A stretch of 63,922 nucleotides of DNA, the filler included, from Malassezia furfur (Eukaryota), in the NCBI GenBank assembly GCA_052055015.1. It is 3 parts of 3 records of this genome, joined end to end, with 100 filler letters (N's around TTAATTAATTAA, not from the genome) between each part and the next. Parts side by side here need not be neighbours in the genome. Positions count along the whole stretch, not along the records: positions 1 to 22,066 come from JBQJIT010000162.1; 2 more parts are not named here. One strand, given 5' to 3'. The stretch's first letter is position 1. Each line of letters begins with the position of its first letter. A program made the translations under genes and the position numbers. Under the pieces are notes generated by a model, which worked only from the letters and a program-made list of their open reading frames with translations, was not told the DNA's origin and ran no database searches. Shown here piece by piece: positions 1 through 11,900 of the stretch.

Positions 1-655
1 GGTGCGGCGCGCTTTTTGGCGGCGCGCTTGGGCGCGGGGGCCTTGCGCTTCTTGGGTTTGGGCGGAGCACGCTGTACCCAGAGCCGGTTGTCGTCAAACA
101 GCCAGTACGTGTTCCCCTCGCGGTCCCAGCCCGCCGGGTCGACGCGCCAGCTGACGGCGTCCTCGTCGGTGCCGACAAGCCGGCGCAGGCGGTCGGGACG
201 CTCGAGTTGCCACTCGCATAGTGCGTGGAGAAGGTCGAGCTGCGCCTTGACGTCCAACGACGCCCATGCGACCGGTGCATCGTCTGTGCCCAGCACATGT
301 GGGGTCACGTCGTCGGCGCGCGCGTCCCACTCGCGGCGGAGCGCGTCTTGCCACGCGTCGAGGGTCGCCGTGCGGCTGCGCGGAAGTGCATGCAGCAGCT
401 TGAGCGCGAGTGTGGCGATAGCGTGCGTGTCGCCGCGGTCGAGCGCGGTTTCGAGTTGCTGCGTGAGGTCACGCGACGTACCTGAGTTCGGAACCCGTCG
501 AGCTGGAGCGCCTCGTCGAACGTGAGGAGGAACTGGCAGATGGCGGCAAATTTCCAGTTGCTCCGGAGGGAACGTAGCGTTGCGTTGAGCACCGGCGGCG
601 GAGCACGCGGCGGCGGCGCGCGGCGGCCTTCGCGTGCGTCGTTCGGCCTCGCCAT
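1..655 (-). CDS. DDT/WHIM-WSD-type chromatin-remodelling-associated protein, 3' end outside window
   Basis: ATG at 655. Removing a 23-nt intron (459-481) gives LRSNWKFAAICQFL...LHALCEWQL...WRVDPAGWDREGNTYWLFDDNRLW, resembling WHIM/WSD motifs of ISWI partner proteins. Confidence 0.65.
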
Positions 656-789
656 GCCGATCCACGACAAGGGCGAATCGCTCGACGCGCCGCGAGGCCC
701 ATGCACCCTCGGCCGAGGCCGGTGCGGAATTCCGACGCCACGCGGCGCCGCGAAGCCCAGAACGTCGCGAAGGCTGGCCGGCGGCCGCC

Positions 790-2233
790 ATGAGCAGCGA
801 CGCACAGCTGCCGCACCGCGTACAGGCGACGGTCCTGTCGCAGACGTTTTGGGTGGATCCAGCATACAGCATTACAAAGGGGCTTGGTCAGGGCGCGTAC
901 GGATGTGTTGCGTCGGCGGTGCACCGTGCGTCGGGCGAGAGCATCGCCATTAAGCGCATCTCGAACGTCTTTACCAAGCGGATTCTGACGAAGCGCGCAC
1001 TGCGAGAAATCAAGTAGGTTGGGCACTCACTGACGCAGGCTACTGCGCCACTTCCGTGGTCACAAGAACATCACCTGCCTGTACGACCTGGACATCACCA
1101 ACCCCCAGTCGTTCAACGAGGTGTACCTCTATGAGGAGCACATGGAGGCCGACCTGCACGCCATCATCCGGTCCGGACAACCGCTGAGTGATGCACACTT
1201 CCAGAGCTTCATCTACCAGACACTGTGTGGCCTCAAGTACATTCACAGCGCCAACGTGCTCCACCGCGATCTCAAGCCCGGCAACCTGCTCGTCAATGCA
1301 GACTGTGAGCTGAAAATCTGCGACTTTGGCCTGTCGCGTGGCTTTGATGCGGACGGCCAGGCGGTCATGCCGGGTGCACAGGCGTTCATGACCGAGTACG
1401 TCGCCACGCGGTGGTACCGCGCGCCGGAAATTATGCTCTCGCATCAGAACTACACCACCGCAAGTACGTGAAACGCTGACCCAGTTGATCTATGGTCCGT
1501 GGGATGCATCCTGGCTGAGCTGCTCGGCGGCAAGCCGCTGTTCAAGGGCCGCGACTACGTCGACCAGCTGAACCAGATTCTCTACTACCTCGGCACGCCG
1601 CCGGACGACATGCTTGCGCGCATCGCCAGCCCGCGTGCACAGCAGTACATCAAGTCGCTCCCGTTCAAGCCGCGTGTGCCTTTTGAACAGCTGTTCCCGG
1701 ACGCCAACCCGCTCGCACTCGACTTGCTCCGCCGCCTGCTGGCGTTCGACCCCGCCGAACGCATCACGTGCGACGAGGCGCTCCGCCATCCATACCTGGC
1801 CGTCTGGCACGATCCGGCGGACGAGCCGGTGTGCTCGAGCAAGTTTGACTTCAGTTTCGAGCAGGTGGACGACATTGAGAGCATGAAGAAGCTTATCCTG
1901 AACGAGGTAATCAGCTTCCGCCGCGAGGTGCGTCTGCAGGCTCAGGCGCGGCAACAGATGCTGCGCGAGTCCCAGGCACCCGAGTCCACCCAGTATGCCC
2001 AGCTGGCGGCAGGTGACTGGCGGTCCACCCCCCGGCGCCAGGACTCGCTGCCCGTGCCGTCGCGCGAAGAAATCGAGCGTACCACGCCCGAGCACGCCCA
2101 GTTCCCGCAGTTTGGCCACGACGGCCACGGCGGGGGCCTTGCGCCCAGCCGCGTCATTGGCGACGGCTCCACGATGGAAGACCCGAACGAGACCCTCGAA
2201 CGCCAACTGAGCCACTACCATGTACAAAAGTAA
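790..2233 (+). CDS. SLT2: Cell-wall-integrity type MAP kinase (Slt2/Mpk1-like)
   Basis: [20 protein letters not shown] activation loop, [24 protein letters not shown]. Introns 1014-1038 (25 nt) and 1464-1484 (21 nt) restore the conserved sequence. Confidence 0.9.
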
Positions 2234-2268
2234 GCGCGTAGAGCCAGCTAGCGACGCCATGTATATGT

Positions 2269-3138
2269 CTACTGCTTCACAAAGTCGCGACTCAAGTCGA
2301 CACCCTGCAAGTGCGTGTTCTGCAGCTTGAATTTGCGCGGCGCGGCGCCGCGCTTCGGCTTGCCCTTGCGTCCGCGTTGCGCTGATTGTGACTGCACCTT
2401 GGGCGTATTGTCCACCTCCTTGGTGGTGCTGAGCCCCTCTGCAATGAGTGAAGTGCCACGCACCGCTCTCCAGGTCCGCGGTGAGGTCCACCACGTCAGG
2501 CACAGGCAGACTGCGCCACAGCTCTTTGAACTCGGGGTCAATCGGCCGCACCTCCTCGCCGCGGATCGGGTTCCAAAATACATGCTTGATCGCACCGTCG
2601 CGCTTGCCACGCAGCACCAGCACCTCGCGGTCTTCAACCGGCTGGGCGTTGGCAAGCTCTTCGACGGCCTCGCGCGCCTGGGGATACGACTCCTTGAGCT
2701 CTGCCACGCGCATACCCGCCGCCGCCGACTGGGGGTTCAGCGCCGAGGGGTGGTAGTACTTTTCGCGTAACAGCGCAACCAGGTCCGCATTGCTGTGCAC
2801 ATTGTAGTCGGGCTGGGTGAGCGGCGCCACGCACTTTGTAGCTGTACAGATCGGTCTTGGCATTGTACTCGACCTTGGGATGCTGCACGAAGCGCTGAAA
2901 CAGGCCGCTTTTGCTGTCCAGCAGCCCGTTGAGACCGTGCATCAGCGCAAAGTCCTCGAGGCGCACGGGGTTGCCATGCCGCTGCGTCAGCCTGTATCGT
3001 ACCTTGAGCGCATCCACGGCGGCAACCAGCTGTGTGCTCTCGTGTACACCCACACCGGTCGCAGCCGGCTGGCTGTACACCTCGCCCTCGGCCAGCACGA
3101 GGTTGCTGCGTCAGCGCGCGCAATACCTACGTCGACAT
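2269..3138 (-). CDS. TFA2: Transcription initiation factor IIE subunit beta
   Basis: YSYKPDYNV, IDPEFKELW, KLQNTHL motifs. Introns 3106-3130, 2982-3002, 2813-2834, 2439-2463. Confidence 0.85.
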
Positions 3139-3156
3139 CGCGAGACGACCTCCACA

Positions 3157-4997
3157 CTACCGACCGAGCGTGCCTACATCCCACGGCGTGTCCTGCGCCC
3201 CATAGGCCTCTACCGGCCGCCGATAGGGCACGGCGTCCCATGCGTTGCCTTCGACGTCAGGCGAGTCAAGTGGCAGCACCACGCCTAGCTCCCAATTGTT
3301 CAAGGATAGTGTCGGCGCACTCGTCGTGCCAGCGATCGTACCCCAGGCGGCCCGGGTAAAGTTGGCACTGCCCAGGTAGACCCAGCCCATGCCATCCACC
3401 TGGCCCACGAGGCACTTGGCATGCATCAGAATGTCGCCACGGCATGACACGGGCTGGCCGAAGAGCGGCCGTAGTTCCTTCTTCCGAAAGTCATCCGGCT
3501 TCGCAAAAAAGCACCCAGCGCCGGGCGGCCCTTCGACGAAGCGCTCCTGTACATAGGCCTGCGTCGGAAACAAGATCGTCATGCGCGGCCACTCGGTGCA
3601 CCCCGTCAGTTTGGTGAGCTCCTGGGAGGCGCCGGGAGTTGTACGCCGGGGGAGTGGCACGACGCCTTGGACGTCGCAGCCGCTCGCCATTAAGTAAAAT
3701 TGCTCGAGCCATCGCCGCTCGTACACACCGAGCGACGAGCCCTGGGCTTCGAGGCTCATGCGCGGAATGTGTATGCCTAGCGCACGCACAACATGGTGCA
3801 GGCGTCCAATACCCGCACGGGCGATCTCGCGCCAACCCGTGACTTTGGACACCGGCCAACTTGCGACGATGTGTGCTGCGGCGCGCTCAAACGAGTAGGC
3901 TTGTAGTCCTTCAAATACGGGATGCGTACGCGGCAGGCTGAGTGAGTGCAGCACCCGCTCCAGCTGCGCGCGGAACTCGATGCCAGACGCGCGTTGGCTT
4001 GCTGGCTCTGTGGTGTGCGGGGGAAAGTCTTGCACGTAGAACATCTGGGTGAGTGAGCAGACCTACATTTTCGTACCGCGACCAGTCCACCTGCGACAGA
4101 TTGCCAGTAGAGATGACTACTCGGACGTGCGTCGCAAAGAATAGGAGGAGGAGCTTGCTGTGCTGCAGCGCACCAGGGTGGGGCTTGGCAGGCACGCCCA
4201 TCTCCCAGTTGGATGCGCCGCTGCACGGGTAGAAGCCTGGTGGGGGGATACTTGGATCGCGCTGTGCATCGCCACGCGGCGGATTGCCGATGTATGTCAC
4301 TGGGACACAGGGAAAGAGCAACAGGAGCCAGTCGATCTCCACGTCGTACGACGTGAGTAGTACACGGCGCAGTCCGTTGGGCTGCGACCGTGTTGCAGGG
4401 AGGAGCACATCCTCGAGACGAGTACCACAGTGTGTGTTGCGAGCATAGCGATTGTAGGTCGCCTGTGTGAGCTTGTCTGCCTACCTTGATGGCGCCGCGC
4501 CAAAACCGATCTGTGCTGCGGATAGGGGTATACCGACCGGATGGCGCGTTAGGCTGCGGTGCTGAAGCTGACGTAGCGTGGCGTTGCGCCACAGGGCTTG
4601 GCGCACTTGGCTTGGGTTTGCGCGCAGGCTGGGCCGATGTCGTGCGTCGCTTGGGTGTGTACGCACTCCAGGTGAGCGGCGGATCTTGGCTCGCGCGCCG
4701 CTTGCGATCCTGCACACTGGGAGACGATGGTCCAGCAGTGCTTTGAGACGATGGCGGTGTCGGTAGGTTCGAAACCGCTGGCGTGTGCCTCGCGCTTGGG
4801 GTTGTGGGGGTATGTGCGCGCGGGGCTGCACGGGCCTCGGTCGATCCCTGCGCCGCTTGGCGTGCCCGTACACGCGCAAGCCGCTCGCGTTCGAGCTGGG
4901 CGCGGTCTGGAATGACGGTCTGCAGCGATGCGGGCTGCGGCGTGCCTACTCCGTCATCGTCGTCGTCAATCACAATCGCGTCCTGCTGGGACGACAT
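3157..4997 (-). CDS. TDP1: Tyrosyl-DNA phosphodiesterase 1 (PLD superfamily)
   Basis: Two HxK motifs (QHSKLLLL...STGNL; MHAKCL...YLGSANFTRAAWG) and NNWELGV. Introns 4463-4484 and 4045-4066 (22 nt each). Confidence 0.9.
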
Positions 4998-5119
4998 GGC
5001 TTCGGCGTGTGGAGAATGCAAGGACCGCCCCGGCCAGGTGGGTCCGACGTGCCAGGCGGGTTTGGAGCACGGCCGGCAACGTGCCCATGACGGTCTCACG
5101 ACGGATATCATTCTATGGG

Positions 5120-5706
5120 CTAGATGATCCGTACAGGCGGCAGACGCACGCGGTCCTCGAGCGGCGGCGCCCACGACGGCGCGTCGTGATGTTTGCGCGT
5201 CGCAAACGTTTCGTGTTCTGAGTGAGGCGCAACAACGTACCAAGGTCCCACATACGCTTTCGCAGCTCGTGCGTTTCTTCAAACATGTCGGTATAGAGCT
5301 TGCGGAGCGATTCGGCCGCGTCGTCAAACTGCTTGCGCGAGACCACACCCTTTTCGAGCTGGTTCATGCGCGCCTCGACATCCTGGATGCGGTCCAGGTA
5401 GCCCGTCACCTGGAGTCAATCCATCATGCACCTACATTTTGCGCACTGTGCGTGAGCCGCGCGCTACTGGCCATCACCGAGTTGGAAGCCGCGCGGTACT
5501 CTTGCTGCATATAATACACGCCCAGTGTGCCAGCGATGCTGAACCCGATGAGGAATCCGAGTGCGCCACTCGTAAACGGACGCTGGATAAGTGAGGTAGC
5601 GTACCATGGGACCGCGGATCGTGGGCGGTGTACCGACCAGGCGCGGCGGCGCCGTCGCGTACCTCCGTACGCCGAGCATCACAACAGGAGACAGTGGAGG
5701 AAGCAT
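5120..5706 (-). CDS. Hypothetical single-TM, coiled-coil protein with mitochondrial-presequence-like N-terminus
   Basis: Spliced via introns 5583-5604, 5410-5435, 5218-5240: MLPPLSPVVMLGVRRYATA...GALGFLIGFSIAGTLGVYY...RIQDVEARMNQLEK...PPVRII*. Confidence 0.7.
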
Positions 5707-5723
5707 CGGGTGGATCGGGTATC

Positions 5724-8528
5724 TTAGCTATGGAGGGCGCCCCACGCCGCTGCCCACCACGGCTTGGTGCGGGGGGCGGGGGGCTGGTTTTGCGCGCGTT
5801 GCGCCACGCGCTGGAACGCGCGGTGCGCGTGGGTATCAGGGAACGATGCGGCATCGTAGCCCGCCTCGTCTATCCAGGCAAGTGTTTCGGCCACGCCGCG
5901 TGCGTCACCGAGCGCATCGTACGCGCGAGTGAGCTGGCATAACAGGGGGTAAGGAACGACGTTGGGCGCCGAGGCCGAGCGCGTTCCTGTGGGTACTTCC
6001 ACGTGCTCCATCGCGGCGTACTGCGAGGCGCCTGTGAGGTGCCGTGTCCAACGCAACGCATGGGCAATGCGGTCCATGTACAGTACCCACTGCGGCTGGG
6101 TTTGCTTGGCGTGCACCGGCATATGCCGCGCGGCACGCCCCATATGGTACAAGAGGAAGCGGGTCACCGCCAAATCGACAGTGTGCAGCCGCGAGGCGCC
6201 AAGCAGATACAGCTTGGCGGCCGACGCCAGCGCCTGGTTCGTGGCCCGCACGTCTGCCGAACCGGCTTCGCGCAGGGTGTAGCCACGGGCGATGCTTTTG
6301 ATTGCCCAGTTGATCAAGCGGAATTCGGGCGTCCAGCCCTCATCGAGCAGTGCCTGGACGCGGCGCATGGTCGCGCGCGGCGACAGATTCGCGCTCGCGA
6401 GCTGGCTTGGCGTTGCCTCGGCGGCAATGCGGCCGCCCAAGTTCCGCGCCTCGCCGGCCGCCTGGATGCGGTCCGCGAGGTCAAAGCGTGACTGTGTCAC
6501 GCACCGCGAGAGCAACACGGCATAGAGGCGCGCGTTGTTGACTGGATCGCGCGCATCAGCCGCATCGGGCAGAGACAGGAACGCAGCAACAGCCTCGTCG
6601 GCGTGCACATCGACGGCGCCACGGAGTAGGACGGCGAGCGCACTCGCATCAAAGCCGCGGTGGTATAGGATGCGGAACACATCGGCGGCAGTTGCACGGT
6701 CGCCCACAATCAGGGATGCCTGCGCCAGCGCCGTAAGCTCCGGGCGCGAGCGGCTCTCGAGCGGCACGGCCATTAGGTAGTAGTCGCGCACACGCACCGC
6801 GAGCGGCAGGTCGAGGGGCGAGCCGAAGCGGGGCGTGCGCCCAAACAGCTTGACAAGCGCCAGCAAGCATGGCGCTGTGAGAAGCATGCCGGGCGCCATC
6901 GTCTCGGGCGTCGCGCGCACCGCATGGGCGCTCGCGCTGCGGAACGCTGGCGTCACGGCGTCGCGACGGAGCAGGCGCACGAGTGGGCGCACGAGTCCTC
7001 CATGCTCAGCCTCGCCAGCATGCCGCACAGCGGGCGTTGCATGTGTCCATTTGTTGCGTTCCCCGCTCGGCACGATGCGCGCTTGTGGAATCCACTGGGC
7101 AAAGAGCGACCGCGCCTCGTCAGCCATTTCACACGCGGCGACGTAGGCCACGAGCTCAGCCCGTACAGTTGCGGGCCAAAACAGGTCCCACTTGTCGCCC
7201 GGGAGCGCACTGTGCGCCCACGAGTAGAGTGCCTGGGCATCGGCAAAGCGCCGTGTCCGCCAGCAGTGCTGTAGGACGCGCAGTAGCGGCACGGCACCGA
7301 GCTGGAGCAGCAGCGCACGTGCATAAGCAGAGCGCGCGAGTGCCGGCGCCGCATGCGACTGCACGAGGCCCAGGACGGCCTCGGCGATCGCCGGTCGGTC
7401 GAGCTCGATCGCCTTGATGCACACGAGCGCCAAGACGCGCGGCAGCATGTTGACGGCATCAGCGGAGAACATTTCGATCGATGCCTGTGCAGCCGCGAGT
7501 CCATTTCGGGAGGCAGACTGCGCCAGGTGCACAATGTGTGTCTGCAGCAGCGCACGCACCATTTCAGTGCGCGGCGTCGAGGCCGTCAGGACGCCACTCG
7601 CATCGTCCGGCACGCTATGCGCGTCCAGGGCAAGGATCAGTTGGCGTAGCGCGTGTTGAAAGCGGTGCGTGCGGTTGAGACGCAGCCACGTACGGCAGCA
7701 CAGTGACAGGATCGTGATGCGGAGCGCATGCGACGCCCATGCGCCTTGGCATGCCTCGGCAGCGGTTCCATCGGGCTGTGCCTGTCGCCATGCAAGCCAG
7801 CGAGTCCCGTCGGCACGGGCCTGCTGCAGTGTCTGTTCGCCGATCCGCTCGCCGTCGCACTGCACCGTGCGCGAGACGAGGTCCATGAGCGCATCGGAGG
7901 ACAAGTCACTGTACTCGAGCAGATACTCGACCACATGCAGTCCCTCGCCGATGGTCGGATAGTCGCCTGTGCGCACGAGGCGGTGGAACAGCGGCTCAAT
8001 CTGTGCAAGATGGGGCCCCTGGGTGGTGCGGAGAGTGAGCAGGGTGCGAAGGGCATACATCGCGACAAACGGCGGCAGATCGTCGACCGTGCCGGATGGT
8101 CCCTCCAGCAACGCGCCCACCATACGGGACACGAGCTCCGGCTCGATTTGGAGTTTGCGCGCGTTGTAGCTGAGCATGTTGAGCAGCGTGATGAGCAGCC
8201 GACGCAGCCGCTCCGAGTCCGCTGGCGCGATGCGGAGGCTGAGTACGTCGCTCGCGATATTTTGGACCAGTCCTGTGAGTCCTGCGCTGCCCGAGTCGTA
8301 GATGAGCTTGATGAATGACGTGTCTGGCAGCGCCTGGAGCTCGTATGGCGACGCGCGCAGGGCCAAGTACGTCTCGATCGTCGTGGGAAGCGCGTCGTCG
8401 CGTGCAGTCGACACACGACCATGCTCCTGCCAAGCTACGCGTGTTGCCACGCGCCGTGTTGGTATGAGCCACGGCAGCGACGGAGCAACGACGCGGCGCC
8501 GCGCCAGCGCCGCGAGTCGGCTCGCCAT
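5724..8528 (-). CDS. Large helical-repeat (possibly PPR-like) protein, probable mitochondrial targeting
   Basis: Long intronless ORF. Likely ATG at 8528 (MASRLAALARRRVVAP, Arg-rich presequence-like). Leu/Ala-rich helical segments such as NARLYAVLLSRC. The family call is weak. Confidence 0.6.
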   Translation of the reverse strand: MASRLAALARRRVVAPSLPWLIPTRRVATRVAWQEHGRVSTARDDALPTTIETYLALRASPYELQALPDTSFIKLIYDSGSAGLTGLVQNIASDVLSLRIAPADSERLRRLLITLLNMLSYNARKLQIEPELVSRMVGALLEGPSGTVDDLPPFVAMYALRTLLTLRTTQGPHLAQIEPLFHRLVRTGDYPTIGEGLHVVEYLLEYSDLSSDALMDLVSRTVQCDGERIGEQTLQQARADGTRWLAWRQAQPDGTAAEACQGAWASHALRITILSLCCRTWLRLNRTHRFQHALRQLILALDAHSVPDDASGVLTASTPRTEMVRALLQTHIVHLAQSASRNGLAAAQASIEMFSADAVNMLPRVLALVCIKAIELDRPAIAEAVLGLVQSHAAPALARSAYARALLLQLGAVPLLRVLQHCWRTRRFADAQALYSWAHSALPGDKWDLFWPATVRAELVAYVAACEMADEARSLFAQWIPQARIVPSGERNKWTHATPAVRHAGEAEHGGLVRPLVRLLRRDAVTPAFRSASAHAVRATPETMAPGMLLTAPCLLALVKLFGRTPRFGSPLDLPLAVRVRDYYLMAVPLESRSRPELTALAQASLIVGDRATAADVFRILYHRGFDASALAVLLRGAVDVHADEAVAAFLSLPDAADARDPVNNARLYAVLLSRCVTQSRFDLADRIQAAGEARNLGGRIAAEATPSQLASANLSPRATMRRVQALLDEGWTPEFRLINWAIKSIARGYTLREAGSADVRATNQALASAAKLYLLGASRLHTVDLAVTRFLLYHMGRAARHMPVHAKQTQPQWVLYMDRIAHALRWTRHLTGASQYAAMEHVEVPTGTRSASAPNVVPYPLLCQLTRAYDALGDARGVAETLAWIDEAGYDAASFPDTHAHRAFQRVAQRAQNQPPAPRTKPWWAAAWGALHS

Positions 8529-8579
8529 CGCAGGTGCGAAGGAAGAAGGTTGTGTACGTAAGCCGACACTCCACCCACC

Positions 8580-8867
8580 ATGGGGCGGTCGGCGGTACGT
8601 GGCATGCTCACCCAGAAAATGTACAAGAAGCCCGTACGTGGCACACTTACCTAGGCCAAGCGGCGGAGCTCGGCTGCAGAGATGCCCAAGGCGCCTGTGC
8701 GTGAGGAGCGCATTGCGCCGCCCGCCCGTATCGACGTTAGCGCACGACCGGCATCCAGCCGCAAACACGGCTTGCGCGGCAAAGCGCGACGCGGCGATGG
8801 GCCGCTGCCCGCCGAGGCGGGCATTGACTATGTCGGGATGTGGGAAGGGGGGAAGAAACAGCATTAG
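8580..8867 (+). CDS. Small basic hypothetical protein (81 aa, MGRSAK...DYV)
   Basis: ATG 8580. Removing two 21-nt GTACGT...AG introns (8595-8615, 8634-8654) joins MGRSA/KMYKKP/AKRRSSAAE in frame to ORF 8682-8867. Confidence 0.75.
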
Positions 8868-8907
8868 ACCAATTAGCGAACCTATACTACTAGAAGGGAC
8901 GAGATGA

Positions 8908-11900
8908 TTACTTCTTTTTGTTCTTGTTCTTCTTCTTGTCCTTCTTGCGGAAGGCAGCAAGGATCGAGGACGAGTTGCGCGAGCTCTTCTCCTCCTCAGC
9001 TGCCGCCTTACTCGCCTCGGTGCTCTGGGTCACCGCGGGCTTGGTCTCGGCAGTCTTGGCCGCAGCAGGCTCGCTCGCCTTACCCGCCTCGGCCTTGATC
9101 GTCTCGGACTTGGTAACCTCGGCCTTGGTTGCCTCTGCCGCCTCGGCCTTGGTCGTTCCCGCCGCCTCGGTGGACTTGGGCGCGTCCTTGGCGGACTCGG
9201 TGGGCTTGGTCGGCGCCGCAGCCTCCTTGGCGACCTCGGCGGGCTTGGTCAGCGCAGCGGCCTCCTTGCCAGCCTCGGCGGGCTTCTTCTCGGCGTCCTC
9301 CTTGGCAGCCTCGACGCGCTTGGCGTCTTTCTCGGGCAGGGCAGGCTTGGTGCTCTCCTTGGCAGCCTCCGCCGGCTTGGCGGCCGGCACGGACTCCTTC
9401 GGCGCCGGGCTCGCCTTGGCGGCCGACGGCGAGTCGAGGATGTGCACAGCCATGCCTCTCTGCACGGCCGGCGCCGCCGTAGGCTTCGACTGAGCCGGCT
9501 TGCTCTCCTCGGCTTTGGCCGCAGGCTTCTCGGAAACAGGCGCAGATGCCGTCGCCGCCGCCTTGGTCTCAGGCGCGGAGGCCGCGGGCGCCGCCGTCGA
9601 TGGCTTCGGCTTTGACTGGATCGAGTGCGTCACCGACGCCTTGGACGGCGTCGGCTTCGTCTCGGTCGTCGACGCCTTGGGCGGCTCCGTCGCAGCAGCC
9701 GGGGCCGTGGTCGTCTTGGCCTCAGCCTGTGCCTCGCCTGCGGCACGCTCCGACTTGGCGAGGCCAAGCACAGACGCGTCGTTAATCGGCGGCGCAAGGC
9801 CGCTCGGCTTGCCGCTCTCAGCCAGGCTTGCGCGCGCCGAAGCGTCGCTGTTGCGGCGCGACTCGGGCGGAATGGCGCGCGTGCTCACCGAGGTGTCGAA
9901 CGAGTTCTGACGCATGAACTCGGGGAGGACCGACTTGATGCCCTTGCCCTCCTTCGCGTCTGCTTTGCTCTCACCCTTCTTGCCGTAGATCGACGCATGC
10001 GCAAGCGCCGGCGCCGCACCAGACGAAGAAGCGTCGCGCGAGGAGGTTGCCTTGACGTCGCTCTTCGCCTTGGCCTCGACAGCTGTGGGCTTCGACTCGT
10101 GCGTAGTCGACTGCAGACCGTAGAGACTGTCGATACCGGTAATGGCGGGCGCAGGCTTCGAGCGGTCCGAAGTCGGGATCGAGAACGAGGCGGAGGACGA
10201 CAGCGTCTTGGACGAGGGCTTGGTCGTAAGCTTCGACTCGGCCCCCTTCGCCGCCTTCTCCTCGGCCGCCTTTGCCTCGGCCGCCTTCGCATCGGCCTCC
10301 TTCTTGGCCTTCTCCTCGGCCTCCTTCTTGGCCTTCTCNNNNNNNNNNNNNNNNNNNNNNNNNNNNNNNNNNNNNNNNNNNNNNNNNNNNNNNNNNNNNN
10401 NTCTTGGCCTTCTCCTCGGCCTCCTTCTTGGCCTTCTCCTCGGCCTCCTTCTTGGCCTTCTCTTCGGCCTCCTTCTTGGCCTTCTCCTCGGCCTCCTTCT
10501 TGGCCTTCTCCTCGGCCTCCTTCTTGGCGGCCTCCGTCTCCTCAGCCTCCTTGGCCGCCTTCTCCTCAGCGACCTTCTTCGCCTCGGCCTCCTTGGCCGC
10601 CTTCTCCTCGGCGATCTTCTTCTCCTCGGCCTCCTTCGCCGCCTTCGCCTCAGCGGCCTTCTTCGCCTCAGCCTCCTTGGTCGCCTTCTCCTCGGCGATC
10701 TTCTTCTCCTCGGCTTCCTTGGCGGCCTTCGCCTCGGCCGCCTTCTTCGCCTCGGTTTCCTTGGCAGCCTTCTCCTCGGCCTCCTTGGCAGCCTTTTCCT
10801 CGGCCACCTTGGCCTTCTGCTCAGCGCCCTTCTTCACGGCGTCCGCATCCGTGGTGTTGTTCTGCGTCGCTGAAGTCGTCGGCGGAATCGATGCAGTCAC
10901 CTTGCCAGTACGCAGGTAGGAAGGCAGCTCCGACTTGTACGCGGCCGGCTTGCCCGACAGGTACGAAGGGGTGTACGTGGGCGTCGACGACTTGACATCC
11001 TTGGGCGGCACGGGCGGTGCTTGCTCCGACACCGCCGGCTTACTTGCTTCGGCCTTGGACGTCTGGGCCTCCATGGCCTTGACCGAGTCAAGCGTCTTCG
11101 CCGACTCGGTGGCCTTGCTCGCCTCCTTCTTAGCCTCAACCGGCTTGATCGCCTCGGTGAACTTGGTCTCGCCCTTCGAACGCGACTCGGCATCCTTGCC
11201 CTTAACCTCGGAGGTCTTGGTCGTGGTCACGACCTGCTTGGGGACCGACTCACCCGGCGAGTTGTCGTAGTCGCTAAAATGGTACAAGTACTCACGGCCA
11301 TGGCGCACGGCAGTCGCGTAGTTCAGCGCAAACACGGTCGGCGCCGAGTCCTTCGACGCGCTGCCCGTAGTGTCCCAGGGCACACTGCGAGCACTGCTGC
11401 CAGTCGTGTGCGAGCGCTTGACCTTGGCGCCCTTCTTGGTGGACTTGCTCGGCGTCTTCTCCGACTCGGACACGAGCACGGTGCGGTCGAGCTGGGGCGA
11501 GGCAGTCGTCTTGGACTTGGCCGCCACATCGCTCTCCTTCACCTCAACCTCCTCTTCATCCACCGCCGGCTCCTCCGTCTTCTCAGGGTACGGCAACACA
11601 CCCTGCTCGATCGACGACGTGTCGTCCTCGTCCTCGGGCTGGACCTCGCCCAGCTCCTCGGGCGGGATCACCGACGCACCACCGACGTGCGACGCACGGT
11701 ACGACACGTAACGGTTCTCACTCGGCGGGAAGCGCTCACCCTCATCGGGGATGGCAATGCCCTCCTCAAACACCGACTTGGGCGCGCGCGGCACCTCGGC
11801 AAGCTTCGGCTCCGTCGTGTTGCTCGGGACCGTTGGCCTCACCATCACACGCTTCTTGTTCACCACAACATGGCGCGGAGCGGGACGGCCGTACTTCTCA

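Noticed and set aside
1014..4484. Frame breaks in MAPK, TFA2 and TDP1 read as pseudogenes or programmed frameshifts
   Set aside because: Each break is exactly resolved by a GT...branch...AG micro-intron.
8529..8960. N-terminal extension of the 1078-aa ORF 5724-8960
   Set aside because: It starts at a non-ATG codon and overlaps the spliced plus-strand small gene and the end of the repeat-protein gene. ATG 8528 gives a plausible presequence.
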